A DNA stretch of 63,649 nucleotides, the filler included, from Rhabdomonas costata (Eukaryota), in assembly GCA_019059605.1 (NCBI GenBank). It is 27 parts of 27 records of this genome, joined end to end, with 100 filler letters (N's around TTAATTAATTAA, not from the genome) between each part and the next. Parts side by side here need not be neighbours in the genome. Positions count along the whole stretch, not along the records: positions 1 to 2,262 come from JAHMHO010004438.1; positions 2,363 to 4,623 come from JAHMHO010004439.1; positions 4,724 to 6,985 come from JAHMHO010004440.1; positions 7,086 to 9,347 come from JAHMHO010004441.1; positions 9,448 to 11,709 come from JAHMHO010004442.1; 22 more parts are not named here. The stretch is one strand, 5' to 3'. The notes under the pieces were generated by a model, which ran no database searches, was not told the origin of the DNA, and was given only the letters and a program-made list of their open reading frames with translations. How positions within the stretch are numbered: position 1 is the stretch's first letter; each line of letters opens with the position of its first letter. The position numbers were made by a program, and so were the translations under genes. Shown piece after piece: positions 1 to 11,809 of this stretch.

Positions 1-97
1 GTGGTGGTGGGCTTAAGAGATGTTGCTGTGCTTTTTTTTGGTAGTAATGGTGTTCTGTAATATTGTTTAAGATTCTGCTGCGTACCACTGCTTTCAG

Positions 98-2221
98 GAT
101 GCTGAGGGGCAACTGCGGCAGCAGGAACAGCAGCCCATTGTTGAGTCGGGCCATGAGCAGGAGCTGCTTTCCTTACGCGAGGCATGGGTGCCCTCATCGA
201 CTGCACATGTGCGCTGAACATACCAAACTTTCGTGCCTGCAAAAATTTTGCTTTTGCTGGAATATTTGATGTGCACTCTTGTGCACTCAATTTTAGTTGA
301 ATGTGTGGTGACTGACGAGCAACACACGAGACTGGGGGTGGGGGTGGGGACAGAGGAACCTCGCCCGCGAGCAAGGCCCCCCTCCTGCCACTGAAATTTA
401 CACCCCGGTCTCTTTTCCCATCCCTTGTTTGCGAGGGTGTGATGTCCTTTGTATGTGTGGGTGGGTGGATTTTGCTCAGGAAACTGCGGGCTGCCGCCGT
501 GCTGCCGCACAGTCTCAGCAGAGGTCAGAGCAGCTGCAGGCAGAACTGCGCGAGGCCCGGGCTGCGCTGGAGGCCGCCGTACATGGGCAGAGGGAAGCGG
601 AGCGGCGGGAGGCTGCGGCGGCGGCCGAGCTTCCGAAAAGGCTGCAGGCACGTGCTCTTCTCGTTCTTGGTCTGGTTTTCCTGTCATGTCCTGTCCTGTC
701 CGCTGTGTTGTCATGCGCACTGTCGGTAGGAGTGGGACGAAAAAGAGCGAATGGTTGTTCCCGTTCCAGACAATTGGTACCTGGACTTAGCTTCCTGAAA
801 TGAGGTGAGAAAGTCAGAAAATGACCGTTTTTTTTGAACGTTTGGTGTGACGTTATGCTTTGATTTTTCGGTTATTTCTCCTTCCCCTTACCCGACCCCT
901 TCCACTCGCGCGGCTGTATGTTTCATGGATTGACAGAGAGGTGGAGGGGGGGGGTACGTGCTGGTAGGCCTTTGGGTTGGCCGCGGAGGCAGCGGCCGTG
1001 GCCCGGGCAAGGGCGGCAGAGAGGCAAGTGGAGCAACTAATGGCTCGGGTCGCCCAAGCTGAGACCGCTCAGGAACGGGCAGAGCACCGACAAAGCACCG
1101 CCGCCGCTGCGGATCAGAAGGTCGCCGAATCTGTGTCTTCTCCCCACTCAGGATGCTGCCGAAATGCTTCGGAAATGCTTCGGAATGACCCTTTCTTTAG
1201 GGGGTCAGTATGCTTTGGGGAAGGAATTTTTGGGGGGTGATGACTTATGACGGGAAAGTTTGGGGTGTGCGATTTTGTAGTGGGGGATGCAATAAATGCA
1301 TAAACTCTCCCCGAAAATGCTGTCCCTCCAAAACCCGCAACACTGAATGCGAAATTCGGATGTGAAGCTCGGTAATTCACGAGTGTTTATGTTGTTCTGG
1401 TGCACTTTTTTTTTGGTTTGCAGCCGTTTCCCGCGGTACAGCCAGCCTTCGGGCCTGGAACAAATGAGGCTTCTATCAAGGAGTTGGAGCTGGCAGTGTT
1501 TGAACTCACCCGGTCAAAGGCTGCCCTGCTGAGGTGTCTTCCCCGTTGACTGCAAATGGACCTGTAATCGGACGTTTACCATCACTTGCTCACTCGTATG
1601 GATTTGTTGGACGGCATCATTTCATTTTAGTCTGTTCGGATTGGGCTTTGCAATGATTGAAATGCTGGCAAAGATTTGTCACGGACATGGGTGGAAACAA
1701 GCACGTAGCATGGGGAGGCGTTTCACTGGGCCCATCCCCTTCGAAAATTGGTGAAATGATGGTCGAATGCAATGATGTTGTTTTTCCTGGGTTTCTTGCG
1801 AACGTTTTCTGCTTCTGGTGTTAACACGATAGTGTTTGCTATCATCTCTTCATTGTGATAATAGTGATCAAAAGACGATAGCGACGCGAAGATGCCGTTG
1901 ATGCCGTCGCTTTCGTCTTGAAACACCCGTCACACACACATGTAGTCGTTTTGGGTAGCGTTTTAGCCTCCCTCGGACGCAAACTCCACATGGCCAGAGA
2001 GCAGGCATTCTCCTGCTGCATTCCATTTTTTTCACATATCCTGCTGCTGCGCTTGAGGGCTTAAGCAGTGCGCACTCGTACACTGTGTGGCAGACGGGGT
2101 TCTGTTTCGCTGTTAGAGAGCTGTCGGTCCAGACCGCGGGGTCCACCGGGCGCCTGGAGGCCGCGCAGCAGGCCTTGGCTCAGCTGATGCTGCGAGAGCC
2201 GCTCCCGACATCTTTGAAGTA
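98..2221 (+). CDS. Multi-exon coiled-coil protein fragment, function unknown; boundaries approximate
   Basis: A/E/Q/R-rich heptad-like segments (QSQQRSEQLQAELREARAALEAA at ~480-650; AAERQVEQLMARVAQAE at ~970-1120) follow AG acceptors and are separated by T-rich intron-like DNA. Confidence 0.45.
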
Positions 2222-2262
2222 ACGCGACCTCGACCTTCTCCTCAATGCTGACTACTACACAA

Positions 2263-2362
2263 NNNNNNNNNNNNNNNNNNNNNNNNNNNNNNNNNNNNNN
2301 NNNNNNTTAATTAATTAANNNNNNNNNNNNNNNNNNNNNNNNNNNNNNNNNNNNNNNNNNNN
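2263..2362. other. Artificial contig linker (N-run + TTAATTAATTAA + N-run), first of 26
   Basis: The same 100-nt spacer with stops in all six frames recurs about every 2.36 kb (4624, 6986, 9348, 11710 ... 58932, 61291). Contigs are nearly equal in length, suggesting a size-sorted concatenation. Confidence 0.98.
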
Positions 2363-5167
2363 GGGGGTGTGTGAAGGAAAAACCTGCCCGCCGGCAGGGG
2401 GGAGGGGTGGAATGGTGAATGCGGCATGTGTGGTGTGGGTGGAGGTTGTGGTGCTGCGTGTCGCCATTTCGGCGTGCAGTGATGCAGGGATGTCGCCTCG
2501 TTTCTCTTTCCGTGTGAGGGTGTGCTCGGGTGTGTGCCCTTTTGTTGGCTGGTGGTCGGTATGGCCACGGAGGCTGGCGAAAGAACGTGGGAAATGCTTC
2601 ATTTTACAAAACCTTGCATTTGCTGGAACGAGTGGTTGCGCCGACCCATTCTTACCACATAGCTAATAGCCACTTCCTTTTCCATCTCTACAAGGTTACG
2701 AGCCAATATCATCGCGCAAGCAAAGTCCACGCTGTTGCTAGGTAAGCTGTACTGACGTTTTCCTAGCGGATGGATCCGTAGCCCGTATGGATCCTGATTC
2801 CCTTCCGGTGGGAAGCTCATGCGTAATAAGACTGTGGCCGTTCTTTGCATTTTGTGAGATGCAGGATCAGTAGCAATGCTTAAAACTTTTAGCGGAAGAG
2901 GATGGGACAACAAACCTAAATACACTGGAGGAAGTAGTAGAACGCGCGTGTGAAGCGTTACGTACTACGCAGCCCCACTTTCCACAATCTGAAGTTGGTC
3001 TGCATGCTCCGTTCGAGCCGTTGTGGTTGCAACCAGTAGTTTTTGGCCTCAATCAGTGCGGCTTTAAACGGTGATGCACGAGACTATTGAGTACAAATTA
3101 ATGTTCTTCAATGCACGGATGATGTTGCAATACATTTTTTTGGAAAAATGTGGCAGTATCTAATCTCATCATGAGTTACAGGAAGCGATAATAGCACACG
3201 GATTATGATTCACTTCCCACTCTTCAGTTTCATCGAAAAGCGTTAGTTAACTGTCAGCTACTTTGAATAAGACACCCAGAAAAGAGAGAACATCCCACTT
3301 TTCGACAGAATAAGTGTAGCACAGAACGAAGATAAATAAGATACCAGTAGCTACAATACAGCAGAGGCAGCGAATAACTGCTGAGTATAGATCGCAGAAA
3401 CAATACTATCGTAGCTCTTCGACACATTGTTTTTTGCGGAATCCAGATGCAGTGCCTGTTTCTACTGCGTTGCGCATAACCATTGGAATTCTTCGTGTTA
3501 CAAGAATCTGGTTGATAATAGAGCATAATATAGATGGAATAGCAAAATTGAGAAAGAAAACAGCGTTTTGCGTCCAAATCTTCAATGCAGTCTGTAAAAG
3601 TGACAGTTGGGTTGGGCTAGACACTGTTTTTTTAGTATGGTAATTAATCTCTTGATTGTTATAGTTGCCTTAGGAGAGTGAATCAATATATTTAAAAGGT
3701 TTCAAGCTTTTGGAGTACTGAGTGCCTAACACCACAACTCCAGTGTTCATTGAGATTGTGTAGTTACCAAATCAAATGTCGACCTGCGGAAGTCATCAAA
3801 TGCAACCAGACAGTATACATTCCAAGTAGCACGTGCGACAACATTTCCAGTGCGAACCTCTGGACGCCAAGTGCACAGTTTTTGGAATTGCTGGATATCA
3901 AATGTTGAAAGCTCTACAATGTATACCAGCTAAACATATGAGTTTGCTTAAAGCACGAAAATTTCATTGCTAATAGCACTCGGTTGGTACACACTACACT
4001 ACAGAAGTTGCTTGCTGAGAGCCATCTAACGAGATCAAGATACAATAGGTAAATTGATTATTCTTATATTCTGCTAAAACAAATATAATTTAATCATCAA
4101 AGACCACAGCTATGCTATCGATGATGCAATGCTTGAAGCCACTTTTGAGAACAATGTTTGCGGAACTGTATGCGCATACATCATCCTCGTTGACATCAGA
4201 AACGTCAGTTAACCATAAAAAATTGGGCATGTAATCCACATTTGACTAGCACTTGTCAGATAAAGCTCCCTAATGCATTTTCTTTTTCTCCATGTAACAG
4301 TTGGAGCGACGGAACCCTTTGTTTTTATGGACTTTGGAGCGTCTGACTCGTTAATCAGTTGGGAAGTTGTTAGAAAGGCAGACTGCAAATTATTGCCTTG
4401 ATGCGAGTCTGACACTATGTTCATTTGCAATAGAATATCGTGGAGTTTCAGGTGAGACGTTTCTTGCACGTGATTTCTACTCCTATTAGTATTCACTTAT
4501 TGTTATGCTATCATTTCATTTATCAATTTAAAGCTTTGATTAACTGACTGTAGAGTACATTGTAGACCAGGATTGAAAGGAAACTTAATAAATCAAGTGG
4601 CAGTATATTATCACACCCCAACANNNNNNNNNNNNNNNNNNNNNNNNNNNNNNNNNNNNNNNNNNNNTTAATTAATTAANNNNNNNNNNNNNNNNNNNNN
4701 NNNNNNNNNNNNNNNNNNNNNNNTGTGGGTTGGTGAACGTGTGGTGCCCCGATGTGCATGTGAGTGCGAAAGGACGAGGCTCCACCATGGCCGGAGATAG
4801 CTGTGACGCTGATGCAATATCTATGCCATGCGGTTTGCACCTTGCGGTGCTGTATTTTTTTGGCGACTGGATGTGCCTTTACGTATGTTGTTGTTTGGAT
4901 AAGCACTCCTTGCGATGATTGTTCATGCTTGATGTGCAGAAGTGAATTGTTTGAGGGCGGGCCTCCCCGTAAAAAGGTGCAAACCTGCTCGGAGCCCCTT
5001 GGTGAGGTCTACAAGCGAACTGTGCTCAAAAAGAAAAGTTTCGGTTCGGAGAATGTCTTTAGCTGAGGCCATTCCCGGGTGTGAGCTTAAAGTGCAACTG
5101 CGGTATGACGAACGTGCTGAACGTGTGGCGGTTTTCCAGGTTTCTCCTTTTCCTGTGATACTATTCG

Positions 5168-6075
5168 ATGGCACTAACCTATGAGGCAATTTTTGGAGAT
5201 GAGGATGACTTGGAGTCGAATGTGGTTTCCGAAAAGTCCCCCGACCAGCCCGTTTTCACTGACCTGCCGCTGAGGTCCACCCCGGTACCCGACTTTGTCG
5301 TCCTGCGGGGCTTTCTCAGCGCTTCGAAGCAGCTTCAACTGGTAGAGGCGATTTCGCGCGAAGGCCTGTTCCCCGAGGGCTTGAACCAAGCCCTGACCCA
5401 CGGGCACTGCCCACCGTGGACCGACTCTGTCGCTGAGCTTGTGCGTGAGAATTTTCCCCAAAACCTCCGGACTCGACGCCCGCTGTTTGATCAGTGCATT
5501 GTGAACAGGTACGCCCCCGGTGAAGGAATCAGGAACCACAAGGAGCTGGACTACTTCGATGATGGTGTTGTTGGAATATCTCTGTTGAGGTTTGCCTATT
5601 GCCATTTTGTTTGCCTCCATCTTTGTGTGTGTGCGACGAGACGGTTGTTTTTTGTGATGCTCGCAGCTCATGTGTGTTGACCCTTACCCCGGAAGATGAA
5701 GGGCAACCTGTCCCGGTTCTTCTGCAACCCGGCGATGTTTACATCATGCATGGAATTGCGAGGTGTGCGCATCACTTTCTTCTTTATACGAGCTGTTGCA
5801 GACGCGTCCCCAGTTCAAATCATTTTGCTGCAGCAGGCATTTTGAGCTCAAGCTCTTGATTGCCCATATGAATACGGTTAACACTTGGTAGGCCACCATT
5901 CCGATTCCATTTCGTGTTTGCATTCTCTCTCAGGTATCATTGGTTTCATGGTATTGAGGCAACTTCGCAGGATGTCTACGATGGAATTGTTATCCCCCGT
6001 AAACTTCGAATTTCAGTGACACTTCGCCGTCTTATTCCTCACCTTGAAGTGCACACCTGTCTCGGCATAATGTGA
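5168..6075 (+). CDS. AlkB-family 2OG-Fe(II) dioxygenase, 3 exons (5168-5589, 5667-5762, 5934-6075)
   Basis: GT-AG splicing joins FDQCIVNRYAPGEGIRNHKE...VVGISLLS|SCVLTL...LLQPGDVYIMHGIAR|YHWFHGI...RKLRISVTLRR in frame. NxY, HGI and RxSxTxR motifs of the AlkB fold are present. Confidence 0.88.
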
Positions 6076-7819
6076 TGCACTCATTTTCTCTTGGGAGGGC
6101 GGTTTGCGTGAATTCAATGGATGATGGCATTTGATTTGGATTTCCCATGGGCTGTTTGCTAAGTAAAATCTGCTCAACTTTCTGGGCTGGAAATGGCTGT
6201 TTTGGGTTTCATTTCGTTCCAAGTGATGCAGGTCTGATGCTTATTTCATGCGGACGTTTTATTTATATAAATTTTATTTATATTTTTGCCAAGCACGAAA
6301 CGGCTCTTAACATTTGTTGGCATCCGTTACATCCATCGTATATCGATGACAGCGAAATGCAATGTTATATACTGTGGCCATTGTCGATCCGGAAGTTCCG
6401 AGGCCATAGCTCCTCATAGGAGCTAAATTCGGCAAATCGCCGCGTGTGCGATTATTAAGAATCGTCCAATCTTTCTCTAGAACGAGAGGGGGCAACGCGT
6501 ACTGTCCCTTCATCCCCGCCACACTGCCCGTCCAGAGCCAAGACTCTTGAAAGTGTCAATTTGCGAACACAGAAGAACGTCATTTTGGCTACCCCGTTGC
6601 TGCGCGTTAAGGACCACGGACCCCACCGCTGTATAAGGCTCGGTCCCACCAGACGGTTAGCCTGGAGTGGATCCACTCTGTACTGTTGAATTCGCTTCCG
6701 GGAATTCAGCGCTTAGAATTCATCGGCATCCGCCCGCCCCCCCAGCAATGGGACTGAAGATAGTATTTTATATGTTCAGACCCGATCTGAAAGTGAGAGG
6801 CGCTTTTTGCCATTGATGGGTTGTTGGGGAGGGATTTCAGCGTTTTTCTCTCTTGCTTTTCTCGTGCTGTTTGGGCTGTCTGTGATGGCCTCACTTCCCG
6901 AATTTCAGTTGAAGGTGCCGCTTTCGGCATTGCTTCGGGAAGTGAGGCCATCACAGACAGCCCAAATAGCACGAGAAAACCAACANNNNNNNNNNNNNNN
7001 NNNNNNNNNNNNNNNNNNNNNNNNNNNNNTTAATTAATTAANNNNNNNNNNNNNNNNNNNNNNNNNNNNNNNNNNNNNNNNNNNNTTTTTTGTGTATCAA
7101 AACACTGATTGGTTAATGGCGATTTGACAATGATCTTTTGTGAATCCTTTTGTCGGTTTTAATTCAAGACCTGAGTCCCAGGCAATGCCCGTGTCTCCTC
7201 TGACCCCGATTGTGTTGCAGAGATGGTGGCAGTCTCTTCGGGGAGAGTCTGGTACTCCTCCGCATTCTTGCACCGGGCGGCTATCGTTCCCTTGCGGATG
7301 ATTGGCTGCCACAATGAAGAATGCTACGCAGAAAGGAAGGAGCCGCCGGTGACAGCCGTGAGGCTAGCTGACCTTCTTCCAGATGGTAGGATGTCTTTCG
7401 TCTACCCGTGCACCCGCTGCCTCACACTGAGTCATTCGCACCTGCAATCTCGGTGGGTTGTGTGTTCTTGGTGGGAATGATCAGCACTCCAAGAAGCGGC
7501 CAGGCAGCGAGAAAGTTATCGAAAGCCCACAGAAACGACCTCCACCAAAAGCGATTCCTTTTGCACGGTGTGTGTGTGTGTGTGTGTGATTTTCCGTGGT
7601 CTTTTCTCCACGGAAAGGGCTAGAACAGAGTTGTAATGAGTGTTGTTCATTTTGAAACCCTTAAGCTGGCGGCGGATGGCTAGTGGTTTGCCTGGAATCT
7701 CTGTGGTACGTTCGGTCTCAATGCCATTCGGAGGATCAGCTTGTGTCATACGGGAATCCTCCTCTCTCTGTCTTTCTCACTCTCTCTCCACTAATGTCCC
7801 TTTCGTTTTTTTTGCTCAG

Positions 7820-9243
7820 AGATGACTGAGGTGATCCCCGACCAGCCGAAGAGAGCCCTGCCGCAGTCCGTGCGGGCCAACAACCCCGGGGCAGCCCTTG
7901 TGGAGACACCCCTGCGCAGGCCAACCCCAAGCCTCTCCGCAGAGCGGCGCACCCCACCCGCTTTTGCAAGTGTGCGAGGAGGACCCTTCCCCTTCCGTTG
8001 TCCCGACAGACCAGATCCAAACCAGTGCCCCATTGCTTTTTGTCTGAAGCGCATTGTGGAATGCGCTAGCTCCACATACGGAGCAAAGGAAGACAGCGAT
8101 TGCGGCTTCTGGAAGGGAATAAAGCCCCCCTGAGCTGGTCACCATATTTCCCAAGGTTTTCTTTTTTTCTGTTCTGGGGAATCGTTTTCACTCAAACGTT
8201 TAGCAACCTGTGTGCCACAATATGGGGGCACTGCGTTTCGTTTGGCTCTCTCGAAAGAATGCGGATCCCGGTCCCCTTAAATTAAGATCCAGGGGTGCGC
8301 TTGCACAAAATCCCTTTAGCACCTCCCACTTGGCCGGACGTTGAGGAGGATCCAGTGTCTGCTTGGCTTGGATTTCTGCGCGGTAGAGCTAGAAGCGTTG
8401 AGGGTGATTTATGTTGGAACTGGGCATTGTGAACTCCCGGACCACGGAGTGAATTCAGGGAAAATCAAAGTTAATCAAAAGTGGTGATCATAGCGTTCTG
8501 CTCTGTGTGATCCACGTTAATTGCAATCTCTTCCTTCTCCCAATTTGTGCAGGACGTTCAGTTCCCGCGGAGGCCGCGGTGGTAGTCCACAAGGTACGTT
8601 ACTCGGCCAGGACGCGCCACAGGGCTGTTCTAAGACAGATCTCCGACAGGATTCCCTGCCGCACCGTTGTGGTGCCGCAGCAGTGCCTGCCGTGGGCCGC
8701 GGTAACCCTGGCCGCACTATTGGCCAGCCTGCTGAGCTCCCCAGGTGCGGAGACATGCTGGTTTCCTGCTCTTTGCCAAGCAATTTTGCTGGGATAGCGA
8801 CAATACAGGTGCTCAGATTATGGGTTGGGAGCTCATCAACAAAACTTTCAAGGCACTTCAGGCATGCCTTGGTCGATAGAATACAAGACCAAACCACACT
8901 GCTTACATGGCACTGCCGCGCCCTATTGGGCGCCCTGTATGTTGAAAGTGGTGCGGATTGGTTGCCCAAAGTGGCTCTGTGCTCTGTCAAGGTGCCCGTG
9001 CTGAATACTCGCCCTGAAAGATATTCGACGTGAACCAATTTAACAACATGTTTTATTTTTCGGCTTCCTCTGCAGCCCCAATGGCTAGCCCGGGCAACAG
9101 CAATGCTGGCCCGCCCGTGCTGCCACGCCCATTGAGACCGGTGCCCCGGTCGCTGAGGGCGGCCACCCCAAGTGCGGCGCTGCTTGAGACACCAGAGCCG
9201 AGCCCCGCTCTGACCCGAGAGAGGCCTCCCCTTCCTGTCAAAG
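7820..9243 (+). CDS. Pro/Arg-rich repeat protein exons, function unknown
   Basis: Two AG/GT-flanked exons encode related motifs PKRALPQSVRANNPGAALVETP (~7846-7910) and PLRPVPRSLRAATPSAALLETP (~9128-9193). Confidence 0.45.
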
Positions 9244-9560
9244 GTTCACTTTCTCTCGCCCGCTGTGTTTGCACTTGTGAATACCTTCTTGCAGTATCTT
9301 CCTTGGTAAGCCCGGAATGGCACTTGATTTAGTTTAGCCACAACAACNNNNNNNNNNNNNNNNNNNNNNNNNNNNNNNNNNNNNNNNNNNNTTAATTAAT
9401 TAANNNNNNNNNNNNNNNNNNNNNNNNNNNNNNNNNNNNNNNNNNNNGGTTTTTGTACTGTTTGTGTGAGATTTTGGTGGATCGTGGTTTGCCGAGTCCA
9501 CCTGTGTTTAATGACTTTTATGACACTGTTTTATACTGGTGGTGTGGCGCTTGTGTGCAG

Positions 9561-10344
9561 GCCGTTTTGTTGAGCGCCAGCCTCCTTCCGTGTACGTGGT
9601 GCTGCAGGACGAGTCCCGGGTGGCCAACTCTGCGTTCTTCCTGCGCCGCTCAAACGGCTCCGCGGAGCTTCTGCGGCAGTGGTACGCAGAGGGCATGCGG
9701 GCTTACACCCGGATCCACCCTTTTGACCAGAGTGCGATGGTACACCTACTGAACCGGCGGATGTCTGGGCTGCACGGCTACACCTACCAGGTGGTGAGTG
9801 AGGTCTGAGAAGCTCAATCGTGTGGGTTGTACTACCCTTGGATTCTTTCACAAGAGGGCACAGGCGATTTCCTTCCCCATAATTGGACCGCGTCATCGCA
9901 ATCACGATTGTCTTTATAGTTCCGCTTTTGAACTAATCCTCAATTCGAGTATATGTGGTGGGGAAACAGTTTTTGCTGGTTTGCCTTTTGTTTTTTCAGG
10001 GGTCTTGCCCGGAGTGGTTTTCCTCGGACTTTTCTCGCCGGGCTGGCCTGCTCTCCCGGCTTGGCCTGAGCAAGGTCCAGGCTGACCCCTTCTCCCGCCG
10101 CACTCACTACAAGTACGTCTTCGTGTGCAACCTTCCCGAGCGTCACTCCCGGGGCTGCCTCCCCCTTCCCCTAGCGAGGTACGACTGGAGCAAGGCTGGA
10201 ATCGCGGTGGTGCCCGACTCTGGCACCCCACGCAGCCCTCAGCTGGTACACTGCACGTATACCCGCTGCAGCCGCAATCCCGCGGTGCTGCTGCACACCG
10301 GAAGTGCGCGGTGGGTACACTGCGAAAAGCTGATTCCCCGCTGA
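9561..10344 (+). CDS. GT-A glycosyltransferase (GT34/GT77-like), last two exons (9561-9790, 10000-10344)
   Basis: ANSAFFLRRS...LLRQWY...FDQSAM resembles the N-x-G-x-F-x-x-R...DQ motif. C-terminal LLH is present, the GT-AG intron is in frame, and the stop is at 10344. Confidence 0.65.
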
Positions 10345-11095
10345 GCACTCTTTGGCGTCCATGCTCCGATCAACGAGACTCGGTCTCTATTAGTCTTTCG
10401 GGACCGCGCGCTTCACTCAATACGTCGTCGCGGTTGGGCGCCACAATTATTCCGGGATCCGACCCTCCTCCAAGTTTCGCGCATGGTGTGGATGGTCGAT
10501 GGATGACCGCTGTGGCCCATGACTGAATCGGAAAAATCAGCATCCCAGAACCACTCCGATTATGGGGATTTTGTGGCGATAAGAACTCATCATCGCATTG
10601 TGGTGCTCTTCTTAGATTTGGTGTCGAGGAAGAGGGACATGTTCCTGATCTTGTCTCTCCATAAAGTCAAATAAAAGAAATGAGAAGTAAGAAAACGACG
10701 TTTAACTAGGACTTTCTTAAAATCTTTGGCATCGAAAGTCAATAGCACATGCTTAGCCAACTTCTGGGTATTTTATGATTGTGGTGTCAAGGGCTCATTC
10801 GACTCATTGGTACTTCGGAAACGCAAAGCCCAAGTTTCAAGTGAACCTGATCTTGTGTTCCCTTCTGGTTCGTTCTGGGGCTCATGGCCGGTACGTGTCC
10901 ATTCTTCCTCTGTTTCGGAAACCACCTGAATCCTAGGCTGGTTTTATGCTCGGAGTCCAGTGCAGTATCGAGCTCTCCTGGAAACACCTGCCAGAGAGTC
11001 AGGTTATCCCTTGTGGTTTCCAACCGTATTGCTTTTGCAGGTATTTCTGTTGCACCCAAATTTCTTTGCTTTTCTCCTCCGGTTAATTCCCGGTG

Positions 11096-11493
11096 ATGGA
11101 GCCCGCTCAGGTCAAGCCGAGCAAAATCAACACAGCAGGGCAGATGATCGGAGCCATGATGAATTCCTTGGTCCATATCCTCACCCTCCCTCTACCCCCC
11201 CTCAGCATTGCTGTGTGTAACTCTGTTGATATCATAGTGATGTTCTGGGGCCTTCCCCCTGTACATGTACATCACCTTCACAGGACATTGCCAGTGGAGC
11301 CAATGACATCATTGTTGTCCGGTCGAAGGACGGCACCCTGCAGTCCAGCGCATTTGCCGTGCGGTTTGGGCGGTTCAAGTGCACGCGGAGATATGACAAG
11401 GTTGTGCTGTGCAAGGTAAACGGAGTCCTGAACTCGGATGTGTACCTGAAGATCGGGGATGCCGGGGAGGCTTTCTTCATTGAGGAGACCACG
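11096..11493 (+). CDS. LPIN: Lipin/Pah1 phosphatidate phosphatase, N-LIP domain (exons 11096-11170, 11284-11493)
   Basis: SGANDIIVVRSKDGTLQSSAFAVRFGRFK...VNG...LKIGDAGEAFF is the N-LIP signature, and the intron is in frame. Confidence 0.9.
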
Positions 11494-11809
11494 GTTTGTG
11501 GCCACACCTCTTTTCATATGGATGTGTTTTTATTATTGTGGATGCATTATTATTTGCTCCCGTGCTCTGCTCCTTAATCGAAATTGGAGCGATATTTTAA
11601 TGTTTCTGTTTTCGGCAACCCCTCACTGTATTTCCTGTGCTCTATTCTTTTTGGCTGCATCGCTGATCGATCACTGCATCGCTGATCGGTCAGCGATGCA
11701 CCCAAAAACNNNNNNNNNNNNNNNNNNNNNNNNNNNNNNNNNNNNNNNNNNNNTTAATTAATTAANNNNNNNNNNNNNNNNNNNNNNNNNNNNNNNNNNN
11801 NNNNNNNNN

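Noticed and set aside
1914..1926. gtcttgaaacac resembling an LSU rRNA conserved segment
   Set aside because: A 12-nt match only, with non-rRNA flanks.
2307..2318. TTAATTAATTAA repeated at regular ~2.36-kb spacing as a biological repeat or CRISPR-like array
   Set aside because: It is always embedded in N-runs; it is a synthetic six-frame-stop linker.
11648..11709. tgcatcgctga direct plus inverted repeats
   Set aside because: Short and contig-terminal, with the same fold-back artefact pattern.
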